Notes under the pieces: model-generated
What the model was told of the DNA's origin: nothing
The model's database searches: none
The model's input: the letters and a program-made list of their open reading frames with translations, nothing else
Part shown: positions 36,283 to 46,579 of the stretch, piece by piece
Layout of the letters: each line of letters begins with the position of its first letter
Position numbering within the stretch: position 1 is the stretch's first letter
NCBI GenBank assembly: GCA_048213135.1
Contig: PS015009.1
Span: 1,054,001 to 1,118,000 of the forward strand
Reading direction: 5' to 3'
From: Reclinomonas americana ATCC 50394
Taxonomy: Eukaryota
DNA length: 64,000 bases
Made by a program: the position numbers and the translations under genes

Positions 36283-37236
36283 CTACTTCATTTGAGCGGA
36301 AAAGAATTTGATCACCTCTAAATTAACGGCCGCAGTGGTCCAGTGTCCAACCGTTTCATAGGTTTTAAACGTTGCATTAATGCCTTTCTCCCGGTAAATC
36401 TTCTGGCACGCCAGGTATCTTTCCTGCACTTTTGCACCTATATTTTCATTGATTATTTTCCGTTCCTTTTTACTGTAGGCATCATCAAACTGTACGGCGT
36501 CATTGTCATCCAGCTTTCCCATATAAATGAGTTGCGGAATTTGTTTGTAGGCCGCTGAATCAAAATTGCCGCCGGATATTTTGGAAAAATCGTTGATCCC
36601 AATCGGGTAGTTAAGCTTCACCTTGTTGATCTCCTTTTCCGGTATCATCAGGTTACCATTAAACCCACCCACAGCCAGGGCCTTTATTTTATCAGGATGC
36701 ATCAAAGAAAAACGATTGGTAAACGTAGCGGAGGCCGAAAAACCATTCATGAAAATTTTTGGATCAACCAATATATCCATAGACAGCAAAACCTCCCTGG
36801 CATCGCTGATCATTTCCAGCAATTGCAGATCGGGGCGCTTTAACTCCGGGGTTTTCTTTAGCATAACATCCCTGTCCAAAGCATGTGTATACACCAGGGG
36901 CTGCGACGCCGGTCTTGGAAAAACCGGTACCAGCAAAGGTATCCGCAGTTCAGTAGACACATTATTACCCACAGAACTTACCGATGCCAGGTGAATAGCC
37001 GCTTGCTGGTGCACTTCCATACTGTCAGACAATTTGCCTGTATTGTTGGGCTCCACAAGCAGGAATGTCTTTCTTTTTAAAGCCGTACCTTTGGGAATGA
37101 ATAAAATATAATCATTGTAAAACCCTTTCCCGGGGTTCTTTGGCACTATAAGTAAAGTGTCTTTTTTTGTCGTTAATTTTTGGGCAGAAGAAACAGCATA
37201 CAAACATGTAAGCAATAAAAGAAAGATATACCGCAT
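36283..37236 (-). CDS. Secreted alpha/beta hydrolase-like protein
   Basis: Signal peptide, GFSASA elbow-like motif, GKLDDND, C-terminal GH. Confidence 0.7.
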   Translation of the reverse strand: MRYIFLLLLTCLYAVSSAQKLTTKKDTLLIVPKNPGKGFYNDYILFIPKGTALKRKTFLLVEPNNTGKLSDSMEVHQQAAIHLASVSSVGNNVSTELRIPLLVPVFPRPASQPLVYTHALDRDVMLKKTPELKRPDLQLLEMISDAREVLLSMDILVDPKIFMNGFSASATFTNRFSLMHPDKIKALAVGGFNGNLMIPEKEINKVKLNYPIGINDFSKISGGNFDSAAYKQIPQLIYMGKLDDNDAVQFDDAYSKKERKIINENIGAKVQERYLACQKIYREKGINATFKTYETVGHWTTAAVNLEVIKFFSAQMK

Positions 37237-37373
37237 GGCTAATTATTTTAAACGGGTGTATTCCTGTCTCCTTTATTGGACCCAGGAAGCATAAAAATAC
37301 CATTGCAATAAAGTTCGGGATAACGAAAGTGGTATGAAGTGTTATAATCGTTGTATGAAGAGGTAGTGAGCAT

Positions 37374-37414
37374 AAAAAACAGCGCCGGGCCCGTTGCAAG
37401 GGAACCCGGCGCTG
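37374..37414 (-). terminator. Intrinsic terminator (minus strand)
   Basis: CAGCGCCGGG/CCCGGCGCTG stem with A run on its left. Confidence 0.7.
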
Positions 37415-37427
37415 CAATGCTTTTATT

Positions 37428-40067
37428 TTACTGAGGGCTGCAGTACCCGGCGGGTTTATCAATATACTGCACCCAGGGAACGCCGTTCTTCACGATCTTA
37501 TGGTACGACTGAAGCAGTTTGTTCCTGTCGATCCGGTATAATTTCGGTGTATTGCCCCGGCAGGTAAGTACAATCCTGTTGGGTTTGTGTTTGTTCATTC
37601 CCCAGCCTACCGGTTCGGTGCAGTTGCAGCCATCTGTATTGTTCACGGTTAAAAAGTTGCTGCCTGTTCCCGGGTCGGTAACACCGGTTTCTATATCGGC
37701 TATTGACCATGTCCAGTATTTTAGTTTACCTATCTTTCTTTGCCGCTGGAACAAGGTGCGGGTTACCACGTGCGTTTTCTGATCAATTAATGCGGAGAGG
37801 TAGAAGTCCATGCAGGCGCCCGGGGTAAGACCAAGCGCGGAGTGCCTTTCGCGGTAATGTGTTTTGAACCTGATCTTCATGCGGTAGTCCTTGCCATTGA
37901 TCGTGGTATACCGTATATCCGACTTATTGAAATTATCGATGCAGCAGGTAATATGCACTTCAACTTTTTTGCTTTTTGTACAAATGCCCGTTACGTAGTT
38001 TTTTCCCTGGTTGTCAAAACAGGTGCTCGTTACCACAAAACTGGCGCCGTCTTTCATCCGCAATTCAAATCGCTGGCTTTTTATCATTGCATTTACCCAT
38101 AGTTGCGGAATGCTGTTGCCCAGTTTACCCATTATGCCATTTAGGATTACGTTCTGCACGATGTGAAATGGCGATGGCAGGCAATAATAAGAAGGGTCTT
38201 GTGTCAGCATCTCCCAATTGGGCAGCTGCCAGTATACATTGCAAGGATTGGAAAATTTCACAATGCCATCCGGGCAGGCCACCACGCTCATATTATTACT
38301 TACCGGTTTCAGGTCAAAATCGTATGTTATCGATTTGCCAGACGGGCACATCTTTGCATCCGTCATGGTCAGCGTAACTTTATAATTCTCTCCGGGTTTG
38401 GTATTGTAGGTATGAACGCCGCTGGCATCCGGCGCCGAGCCATCACCATAATCCCACATAAAAGTTGTTCCGCAGAAGGAAGGCGACAGGTTGGTAAACT
38501 CTACTTTTACCGGGTATTTTGTGTCTTTGTTCTGTCCGTCCTCACACCATTCGTAAGTAATATGAAAATCGGGTTCGCAGCTCGTGGGTGTAACTACTTT
38601 ACCGGTGTACACATAGGTACAGCCAAACAGGTCGGTTATTGTAAGTTTCGGGTAATAGGTACCACCTGTTGTATACCTGTGTACGGGATCTGTAACCGGG
38701 CCCGATTGATTCACAACAGGCGTACCATCTCCATAGTTCCAGCTGTAACTGGCAATGTTGGTACAGGACGTTGCATGTATAAAGGATACATCCCACCCGG
38801 CAAGTCCCGCAGCATTACAAACAACATCCGGTGGTGTGGACATAAATTCAGCATCAGGCCTGCAATAAGGTATCGTTTTCGGCTGTGTACAGTAAACGGA
38901 GTCGTTGCCTGTTTGCGGCGATATCCCGTGCACTTCAAGCAATACATCTGCAGTCGTTTGTCCTTTCTCATACAGCGGGGTGGATACACTGGTACCCTGG
39001 GCGCTGAGCGGCATGCCATCAACGATCCAGTGATAAGAGGGAGAAGGAACACCCGACACCGTTGCACAGCTCAATGTAAGGATCAGCTGGTTGTTCTGGC
39101 ACGAAAGCGTATGGTTAATCGTTGGGCAAACCACTTGCACTTCCATCATTTTAGCAACCGCGCTGCAGGGCAGTGCTTCCGCCCCGGCAAATAAAAGCGA
39201 ATCGGATATCGTTCCACTCGTGCTGGTTGTATAAACTGTCCAGTCGTATTCATAATTTTCGTCTTCCAGCATGGCCGGATCTTTACATACCAGGGTAATC
39301 TCCTCTGTCTTCAGACTATTGCCGTTTGCGTCTATCCACGATACCAGCACCTTGGGATTGCTGCTGCCGGGAGCTGGTTTTATAGTGAAATCCGCATCTA
39401 TAAAATTGACAGCATCGGCAGGTATAAAGCCACTTCCTCCCGTATTGATATACGTTAACGTATACGCAGTTCCGCTTTGTGCCAAACTCCAGTCTACCGC
39501 ATCATCATCTTCATCAACAACGGGGTAGATGCCAGCTATTGACGACGGGTTCAGCGGAGTTATCTTTATCTGCTTAAAGGTGTTGGGCACATTATTGAAA
39601 AGGCGCAGTGCAAACTGGCAGCAGTTCTCATTTTCTCCGCCACAGCTTATCTCAACAACATTATTCTGGTTCCCTTTACAGTTAAAGATCATTTGCCGTG
39701 AGCATACCACATTCCCCCTGCCATCGAGGAATTCAACATTGACAAGATTGCCCGAGCCGGCTCTTATCCATATTCTGAACACGCCTGGCACCGGGTTGCC
39801 CACCGGTAATCCTGCCGTGGGAACCATCCAGGTTACCGTAGTGGGCAGGTTGGCCACCTGTGTCCACCCGGCATTTACTTCCGAGTAGGTGATAGCAGTT
39901 CCACCCACGCCGGTGAACCTGATGGATTTTACGGGTGAGTTCGCATCATTATTAAAAATCGCAACAGGAACCGGGCAGCTTTTGTCCAGGCTTTCGAATG
40001 GTTTGATCGTAGTGCAGCCTGTAGTCAGCAGGCATATCACTATGATACAGCTAATCAGGTATTTCAT
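37428..40067 (-). CDS. Cys-rich PKD-domain lipoprotein
   Basis: LLTTGC lipobox; PKD motifs SYSWNYGDG..PVHRYTTGGTY and MWDYGDG..VHTY. Confidence 0.8.
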   Translation of the reverse strand: MKYLISCIIVICLLTTGCTTIKPFESLDKSCPVPVAIFNNDANSPVKSIRFTGVGGTAITYSEVNAGWTQVANLPTTVTWMVPTAGLPVGNPVPGVFRIWIRAGSGNLVNVEFLDGRGNVVCSRQMIFNCKGNQNNVVEISCGGENENCCQFALRLFNNVPNTFKQIKITPLNPSSIAGIYPVVDEDDDAVDWSLAQSGTAYTLTYINTGGSGFIPADAVNFIDADFTIKPAPGSSNPKVLVSWIDANGNSLKTEEITLVCKDPAMLEDENYEYDWTVYTTSTSGTISDSLLFAGAEALPCSAVAKMMEVQVVCPTINHTLSCQNNQLILTLSCATVSGVPSPSYHWIVDGMPLSAQGTSVSTPLYEKGQTTADVLLEVHGISPQTGNDSVYCTQPKTIPYCRPDAEFMSTPPDVVCNAAGLAGWDVSFIHATSCTNIASYSWNYGDGTPVVNQSGPVTDPVHRYTTGGTYYPKLTITDLFGCTYVYTGKVVTPTSCEPDFHITYEWCEDGQNKDTKYPVKVEFTNLSPSFCGTTFMWDYGDGSAPDASGVHTYNTKPGENYKVTLTMTDAKMCPSGKSITYDFDLKPVSNNMSVVACPDGIVKFSNPCNVYWQLPNWEMLTQDPSYYCLPSPFHIVQNVILNGIMGKLGNSIPQLWVNAMIKSQRFELRMKDGASFVVTSTCFDNQGKNYVTGICTKSKKVEVHITCCIDNFNKSDIRYTTINGKDYRMKIRFKTHYRERHSALGLTPGACMDFYLSALIDQKTHVVTRTLFQRQRKIGKLKYWTWSIADIETGVTDPGTGSNFLTVNNTDGCNCTEPVGWGMNKHKPNRIVLTCRGNTPKLYRIDRNKLLQSYHKIVKNGVPWVQYIDKPAGYCSPQ

Positions 40068-40277
40068 TTTGCATGGTTTTGGTGTTTTACAATGTGCATG
40101 GCATAAAAATCCCGGAAGGATGTTTCAGTTCATGCTGTCGTTGTAAAAGTCCGGCAGGCGGGGCGCTTGCGGAATAGCGGGATAACTAAAAGATCATCCG
40201 TTGTTTAACGGAGGCGGCCTGTTAAAAAAGAAGGTAATGAAATTTGTGCGCAGTGCAGGCTGCACCAGCGGCGGAGA

Positions 40278-40748
40278 TCAGTCGGATGACTTTAACCCTG
40301 AGTACCAGTATTTTTTGTTTTTTATCTGACCCTCGGCAAGCTGCTGAAGTTTGGCAGCGCTTGTGGTAAGACAGGCGTGCGTTTTAATGAGCGTTTGCCC
40401 AAGGCCGTAGCCTTCATAGTAAAAAGTTCTGTAGAGTCCGTCCAAAACGGGGTTGTCGCAATTGGCCTTTGCCGTATGTATCTTCAATGCGGATAAATAC
40501 CGGTAAATACTATCACTCACCAGCTTTGAGATCTTTCTTTTGTACAATACCTCTTTCACAATTTTAAAATCCGCGTAGTTGCTGGTTTCTACTTTAACTT
40601 CTTTCTTATTTAAAGTATACTTTACAAAGGGCTGGTTCAGCCAGTCAATAAAAGTAACTTCAACAACAAAGTCTTTTCTTTCAGGTTGTGCGAAAGAAGG
40701 GAGCGAGCATGTTAAGCACAGTAATATTTGGAGAAGGGGGTGTTTCAT
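40278..40748 (-). CDS. Hypothetical secreted protein
   Basis: MKHPLLQILLCLTCSLPSFAQ signal peptide. Confidence 0.65.
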   Translation of the reverse strand: MKHPLLQILLCLTCSLPSFAQPERKDFVVEVTFIDWLNQPFVKYTLNKKEVKVETSNYADFKIVKEVLYKRKISKLVSDSIYRYLSALKIHTAKANCDNPVLDGLYRTFYYEGYGLGQTLIKTHACLTTSAAKLQQLAEGQIKNKKYWYSGLKSSD

Positions 40749-40892
40749 GGAGAAGTTGGCCATGCAGTGGCGCAATGGTCGCGGTAAAAAATTTACTAAA
40801 TATACGACTCTGAAGGTATAAATGGGTAGGGGTCCGGAGAATTGGCAGTTGCAAGTAGCCAGGCAAAGGGAGTTCTTGCAAGAGAAGACGCA

Positions 40893-43031
40893 TCAGTCGT
40901 ATTTATTTGTTTTGTCAAAACCGCACTGCCAAAGCACAAACGCATATTTTTTTGCCCGTTCTTTTATAGCGGCCTGTTTGTCGGTCATATCACCACCATG
41001 TCCGCCATTGAAATTTACCTTTAGCAAAACCGGCTTGTTGGAGCCTGTCGCATTTTGCGCTGCGGCTGCAAATTTTCCGCCCTGCCAGCAATTAACCCGT
41101 TGATCGTCCCAGCCCGTTACTACCAACATAGCCGGGTATCGCTCTCCTTTGCGAATGTGCAAAACAGCATCGCTTTCCAGCATAGAAAAGAATTCATTGA
41201 TGTTATCAAGCGTTCCATAATCTGCCGCCTGGGTTTTGCCACCGGTCGAATACTCATAACGTACCATATTCAAAACACCCGCATCCGGTACAGCGCATGC
41301 CCAAAGATCGGGCCGCTCAGTAATTGCCCTGCCAATAAGTATGCCGCCGGCACTTGCACCTTCGCAGGCTAAATGAGTTGCACTTGTGTAGCCCTTGTCA
41401 ATTAAATATTGTGCGCAAGCGTTGAAGTCTTTCCATGTATTGGGTTTACTTTGTTTGGTACCACCCATACGCCAGTTGTCTCCTTTTTCGCCGCCGCCGC
41501 GTACATGTGCAACACAAATGATCACTCCTTTATTGGCAAGCAACGCAAAAGTCCGGTTAAATTGAGGAGGCCAGGAGCTTCCATAAGCCCCATAACCATT
41601 TACAAGTGCAATATTATTTCCGTCCATTTTTAAATCCTTTCTCCTGATAATGGTCAGCGGGACCAATGTACCGTCATAGCTTGCTATTTCTTTTTCTTCC
41701 ACCAGCAGGTTGTCCGCAAAGGACAATGGCATGTAGGTATAATATTTACTCGGTATTTCCTTCCGGGTCCCAATATTGCCATAAGAAAGTTGTACCGGGT
41801 TTGCCCAGCCTTCTCTTACAATAAAAACACTGTCGTCTTTATAGTAATCCGTACCAACATACCTTGTTCTTGCTGAGTGTTCTTTAAAAGGGGTTGCGAC
41901 AATTTTATTAGTTGGTAAATAAATAAATTTAGAATAGGTAGTTATCCCGTTCTTATTTAAAGGAACAATAAGATAGTTTTTAGTTTGAGCTATGGACTCA
42001 TTGTCTATCGGATCGGCGTGTTCAGCTAAAATAGTTACAGGTGTTGCAGAGGGATTGTTTAAATCCAGCACTTTGATTTTACCATTGGGAGCATTTTTAA
42101 AAGAAGTATAATAGATTTTGTTATTATAGTAATAGATGCGGTACCCAACTTCTTCTCCTTCCACTAATTTTAGCCACTTATTAGTAGTACCTGATTTTCT
42201 ATATAATAATTCAGATGGAGAAATCCATGTAAACTCAAAATGGCAGCCTTTAAATGTTTGAATTTCCCAGAGATATCGTTCGTCTGTATAGCTCATTACC
42301 TCAGGATTCGTTTGCTTGCTGACGATCACTTTATCAAACGCAGTATCTGTGCCGATGGCATGCGTTTTAAAGACCTCATCATTATGGGAATAGGTTTCCC
42401 GTGGATTGTAGGTAGGGCGTTGGGTATAATAAAATACCCCGTTTTGATTATTCATAAACCCTTTATAGCTGCCGGTAATTTTATCCGGCAATATTTTGTT
42501 CTCTGCTATGCCGTAAATTTTCACATGGTTTATTTCCTTTCCTCCCTCCAGGGCGTAAATCGCAAGGTATTTCCCGGATGGATCAACCTCATAGTCAAAT
42601 ATGTTATAATTCTCGCCCCACATTTCGGGCGACGCAATTACCTGTGGCGAGCCTGAACCATTAAACTGCCTGTATACCTTTAACTTTCCTTCTCCCCGCT
42701 TTACCTGAATGTAAAAGACAGAATTGCCTATCCACTTTACAAGAAATTTCTGCTCAGGCTGCTCAACATCCAGCTTAATCAGTTCATTGAACAATGAATT
42801 AGTATAGGGCAGCCGATTTAAAATGCTGTCAGTGAAGTTCTCCTGGGCTTTAAACCAGTTAAGAACCTCTGGGCTTTTTAAGTTCTCCAACCAGCGGTAA
42901 GGGTCTTTGACAGTTACATTATGCCAGGTATCTGTACTGTCAACCATTTTAGTAGCAGGGTAGTTAAACTGAGCACCAGCACTTTGCATACAGCAAAACA
43001 GGGCTACAAAAGAAAGAAACCGTTGTGCCAT
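40893..43031 (-). CDS. Prolyl oligopeptidase (S9A), secreted
   Basis: DPYRWLE, SYDGTLVP, GYGAYG, VRGGGEKG..W, GASAGG, DQRV, GGHG. Confidence 0.95.
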   Translation of the reverse strand: MAQRFLSFVALFCCMQSAGAQFNYPATKMVDSTDTWHNVTVKDPYRWLENLKSPEVLNWFKAQENFTDSILNRLPYTNSLFNELIKLDVEQPEQKFLVKWIGNSVFYIQVKRGEGKLKVYRQFNGSGSPQVIASPEMWGENYNIFDYEVDPSGKYLAIYALEGGKEINHVKIYGIAENKILPDKITGSYKGFMNNQNGVFYYTQRPTYNPRETYSHNDEVFKTHAIGTDTAFDKVIVSKQTNPEVMSYTDERYLWEIQTFKGCHFEFTWISPSELLYRKSGTTNKWLKLVEGEEVGYRIYYYNNKIYYTSFKNAPNGKIKVLDLNNPSATPVTILAEHADPIDNESIAQTKNYLIVPLNKNGITTYSKFIYLPTNKIVATPFKEHSARTRYVGTDYYKDDSVFIVREGWANPVQLSYGNIGTRKEIPSKYYTYMPLSFADNLLVEEKEIASYDGTLVPLTIIRRKDLKMDGNNIALVNGYGAYGSSWPPQFNRTFALLANKGVIICVAHVRGGGEKGDNWRMGGTKQSKPNTWKDFNACAQYLIDKGYTSATHLACEGASAGGILIGRAITERPDLWACAVPDAGVLNMVRYEYSTGGKTQAADYGTLDNINEFFSMLESDAVLHIRKGERYPAMLVVTGWDDQRVNCWQGGKFAAAAQNATGSNKPVLLKVNFNGGHGGDMTDKQAAIKERAKKYAFVLWQCGFDKTNKYD

Positions 43032-43048
43032 AAGTTTAAATTGAACTA

Positions 43049-43693
43049 TTAATTCTTAATACAACGTACCGACAGTCCCGCTTTGTGATTGCATACAACA
43101 CCATAGGCGTAAGCAACGCTGTAATGAAGGGGATAATAAATTGAAGATTGCGGTTGCGTTTCAGAAGCACTCCACCAATTCCCCGATTGGCCTGCTTCTT
43201 TAAATACGCCGTTAAGCCGAATACCCCCGGGCAAGCCTAAGAATCCGCTGCTGTTGCTGGCACCCGTATTAGGCGCTTGCCATAAGGAAGAAACGGCCTT
43301 CATTTTACCGCTTGCAGCCGCGCTGCCACCCAGGTAATTATTCAGAACAAGCCATTCCGCATCGTTTGGGATATGCCACCCGTTGGGTGCCAGGCCTCTT
43401 GGATCACTCACTGCGTACCAGTTATATAATTTACCGTAAACAGCATCATTCGACGGGTCATTGTTATAATAACACCAGGCACCAGTGGTTAATGCCTGCC
43501 ACTGTGTAACATCCGCAACCTGCGGTATAGGATCACCGTTACTATACGTAGTTACATCCAGGTTGTACACAGACCAAACCTGTGTTCCAATGGTCACTTT
43601 TGGAAGATCAGCTGCAGGCGTTTCTTTATTTTTTTTACAGCCAGAGGATAACAAGGCAACCCATGTCAGCAGAAATAACAAATATTTTTTCAT
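43049..43693 (-). CDS. Fibrobacter succinogenes major paralogous domain (FISUMP) lipoprotein
   Basis: IGTQVW..NL, YGKLYNWYAV, PNGWHIP..EW, GFLGLPGG, GLSVRCIK. Confidence 0.93.
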   Translation of the reverse strand: MKKYLLFLLTWVALLSSGCKKNKETPAADLPKVTIGTQVWSVYNLDVTTYSNGDPIPQVADVTQWQALTTGAWCYYNNDPSNDAVYGKLYNWYAVSDPRGLAPNGWHIPNDAEWLVLNNYLGGSAAASGKMKAVSSLWQAPNTGASNSSGFLGLPGGIRLNGVFKEAGQSGNWWSASETQPQSSIYYPLHYSVAYAYGVVCNHKAGLSVRCIKN

Positions 43694-43743
43694 GTATCAG
43701 GCTTTACTTCAGATGTACATACTCATTTCAAAACCTCAACCAC

Positions 43744-44136
43744 TTACGCATTGCTCGGTCCCAGGAAAACAGGTTTCGTCGCTTTTAATTTTTTCCCTTT
43801 AAATACTGAAACAATTACTTCTGCCCTTATAAAGGAATCATTAGGGATTCGACCCGAAATAATCACAGGAGAAGTATTTACCAGCGGTTGATCACTTATC
43901 GGGCGGCATATTGATCCGTTTTTGTTGATTATTACCTTCTTATCAAAATCTACCGGGGATGTAACAAATACAGGTCCTGTGGTCTCTATTCTAAGCAACC
44001 TGACTAAAGATATACTTACAGAACAGTCAAATGTGGGTCGAAGCGCTTCGGCAAAGCCATAGGTCCCATTTAAAGAGATTTTCAAAACAGATCCCTGTTT
44101 TTGATACACTGCCGAAATAATTAGTTCCAGTGCCAT
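43744..44136 (-). CDS. Hypothetical protein
   Basis: 130 aa from ATG 44136. Confidence 0.5.
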   Translation of the reverse strand: MALELIISAVYQKQGSVLKISLNGTYGFAEALRPTFDCSVSISLVRLLRIETTGPVFVTSPVDFDKKVIINKNGSICRPISDQPLVNTSPVIISGRIPNDSFIRAEVIVSVFKGKKLKATKPVFLGPSNA

Positions 44137-44410
44137 AGGGTAATTTTTACAGGTGAAATAATTTACACGAATACACAAAATAATTCGACCCTGTTAAATC
44201 CCCATTGAGCCATTCCCGTATTCCACTTATCTGGTGGCGGAAAACACCAGGCTGGGCTTATTAATACAGGTTGTTAAGCAATGTGATTATTTGCCGTGTA
44301 TTCGCAATTAAGTACTCCAGGTGATGATGACACACACCGGCGACTTAGTGGAAGGATTAACCACAACCAGAGATGGGTTACAGACAACGGCAAACAAGGC
44401 GAAGCTAATT

Positions 44411-44523
44411 CACCAGGTTGGAATACTTGTGCCAGAGAGGGGAAACATGTTGAAAACTATATCAACCCGGACACAGTCCGGTAGAATTTACAGACACCAA
44501 TGAACAGCCAAGGCGGAACACTG
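44411..44523 (+). repeat. Rhs-array hairpin repeat doublet at the distal end (second copy interrupted by IS110 mini-element)
   Basis: GAATACTTGTGCCAGAGAGGGG, 30-bp linker ATATCAACCCGGACACAGTCCGGTAGAATT identical to 54960-54989, then GACACCAATG..GAACACTG. Confidence 0.8.
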
Positions 44524-44778
44524 GCCTTTACTTTGATTAGCAGAGTTTTTATTAACTTTTAAAAAGGAAAGCAGAGGTGAACTATAACACTTGCTAAGCT
44601 TACGACTTAACTGGCGCATCAGTCCTCTGCCTACCTTTTAACTATGTTGAATGGCATCAAATAGAATGTTAGACTTTCAGGTCTATTAAAGGCTTTAATG
44701 CATTTCAACTTTTGTTTTTGCTTAAATCAAATTTATGAAAAATTATGTAGTCACAGTAGGCATTGATGTATCAAAAGC
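44524..44778 (+). mobile_element. Truncated IS110-family mini-element (left end, bridge RNA, first codons of the recombinase)
   Basis: GC dinucleotide at both ends; removing the element restores AACACTG-GC-GCCAGAGG; carries MKNYVVTVGIDVSK. Confidence 0.85.
44560..44710 (+). ncRNA. Predicted IS110 bridge RNA (target-binding and donor-binding loops)
   Basis: Stem AAAGG..GCAGAGG/CCTCTGC..CCTTTT with loop strands AACACTTGC (44586-94) and CTGGCGC (44611-17); stem GTTGAA..GCAT/ATGC..TTCAAC with loop strands ATAGAATGT (44661-69) and TAAAGGC (44687-93). Confidence 0.8.
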
Positions 44779-44794
44779 GCCAGAGGTTCTATAA
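44735..44794 (+). pseudogene. IS110 DEDD recombinase N-terminal remnant
   Basis: MKNYVVTVGIDVSKA then flanking sequence and stop; GIDVSK is the first catalytic Asp motif. Confidence 0.8.
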
Positions 44795-45333
44795 AATAAG
44801 TTGCAGTAAAAATTTCGTGCCCCCTGCAGCAAGTTCTGCATTATTTCTCTTGACTAATTCTAGGCCATTTCTTGAGAATAGTAACTGAGGGTATTCTACC
44901 GATTTAATTAAGAATCGTTTTTTAAACTCTTTCAATATAGTATCTGCCCAGTCCTTAAATCCTTGCTCTTTTTCAACTGCCCTATCATGATCCGAATAAT
45001 ATTTCAAAACATAATAAAGACGGCCTCTTTGTAATTCTTTGTTGCTGTAAGGGTAAAAACCTCCAATATCAAACTCGATACAATAACTCTTAAGTATCCC
45101 TATAAAGTATTTTTCATCTTCCAGATGCTCAATGCTAAGTAGTTTTTCATACTCCTTTTTACAGATATACACTTGAAAAATTTTTTCTTTATTGCTTACA
45201 ATATCATAGCTATTAATAACGCTATTTTTTTTATGTCGCCTTTTAAAATTTTGCAATGCCTGTCATTGAAAAATTTAATGACCTCTGTATAATCATCAGG
45301 CGTGATAAAAAAATTTATTTGCTTGGAATTCAT
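44789..45333 (-). pseudogene. Putative immunity protein, frameshifted
   Basis: ATG 45333 MNSKQINFFITPDD.. joins ORF 44789-45256 across an A8 run near 45225-45232. Confidence 0.65.
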
Positions 45334-45339
45334 TTTATC

Positions 45340-45810
45340 TTATTTATTATACGGTATATAGGTAGGTCTTATGCCAGTAACTTTTTCAACATCATCCATT
45401 GCTTTTCTTTCTCGGATTACTGGGGTTCCATTTTTATTCTGCTTGCCAACTTAAACTTGCTTTGTCTCTCCAGTTTTAGTCTTTGTTCCTTGAACATCAA
45501 TAAAATGCTTATCCTTATTACCTCCTGGTGTTCTGACCATGACTTCTCGTTGTGTTTTGTCATATCCGTCATTTTTTAGTTGCTTCTCGGCTTTATCAAT
45601 TGTTTCCTGATGAGCTTTTCCGCCATTCTTACCATTGGGATTAGGGACCTTATTTCCTGTAACATTAGTAGTTGTTGCTTTAGCTGATACCACGGCTGAA
45701 GCTGCTGCACCGCTTCCAGTTTTAATTCCCGCAGCAGGCGTCGAAATACTTTTAGTATATGTTTGTCTTTCAACAGCAAGATCCATTTGAGCTGCGGAAG
45801 CTCCTCCACT
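45340..45810 (-). pseudogene. Decayed orphan toxin tip (nuclease-like) with internal stop
   Basis: PNPNGKNGGKAHQ..EV.VRTPGG..FIDVQG..QV*VGKQNKNG..RERKAMDDVEK..PYNK; TAA at 45451-45453. Confidence 0.65.
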
Positions 45811-45845
45811 AAGTAATGCCTCTGGATGAGGGCAACATACCCAAT

Positions 45846-45923
45846 GGCGACAGCGGCGCCAGAGGGGTAGGCGGCACGTAGAATTAAACAGTACAGGTAT
45901 CTTGCAAAAAACTTGTGGTAGAG
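45846..45923 (+). repeat. Rhs-array hairpin repeat plus half-site
   Basis: GGCG..CGCCAGAGGGG then GTAGAATTAAAC AGTACAGGT ATCTTGCAAAAA ACTTGTGGT AGAG. Confidence 0.75.
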
Positions 45924-45939
45924 TATTTGTTACTAAATT

Positions 45940-46487
45940 TTATAGCAAGAATTTTTCTAGTGGCTTAAATATAGAGCTAACGCCTTTATTAAGCCCCTCT
46001 TTATACGCCTTCAAATATTTTTCAGATAGTTCGGGGTTCTCGTAAAAGTATAACCTATATAATTCAAATTTTGCATCGTTAATTAGTTCTTTCGCGAAAG
46101 ACTTTCCTCTTGAATATTCTTGCTTTGCAATTACATTTACTCCAAGTTTTATAATTCTTTTAAAACAATATTCGGCAATATGATTTTGATGGCCATATTT
46201 TCTTATCTTACCCATAGTATAAAGGGTCTCTGCATTGTCATCATTTATTTTAAAAGCCTTAATAATATATTTTTCGACCATTCTCCATTTCCTAACATTA
46301 ACTTCTTTACGCATTTTATTACTGCCATCTTCAAAGATACTTTCATCAAAAAAAGTCTGCGCAATACATTGAAGTAAGTAAAATTATTTTTGTACTCTAA
46401 TTTTTGAATATGTGCTCTTGCTTTAGGCGAATCAATTGCAACGACATCTCTATACTTATGAAGTAACAAATCGAATTTATCTATCAT
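45940..46487 (-). pseudogene. Helical (TPR-like) putative immunity protein, frameshifted
   Basis: MIDKFDLL..KNNF joins LLQCIAQTFFDE..MRKEVN via a frameshift near 46380; preceded by a short toxin-tail remnant (..RAREQAAADKKKK). Confidence 0.6.
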
Positions 46488-46579
46488 TGTGTTAGTTTTT
46501 TTTAGTCTCCTTCTTTTTTTTGTCTGCGGCTGCTTGCTCTCTTGCTCTTCGAGAGATTAATAAACTTAATTCACTTGTT

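Noticed and set aside
44296-44503. Short ORFs in the repeat region (also 54934-55128)
   Set aside because: They overlap hairpin repeats or antisense Rhs fragments and show no coding signal
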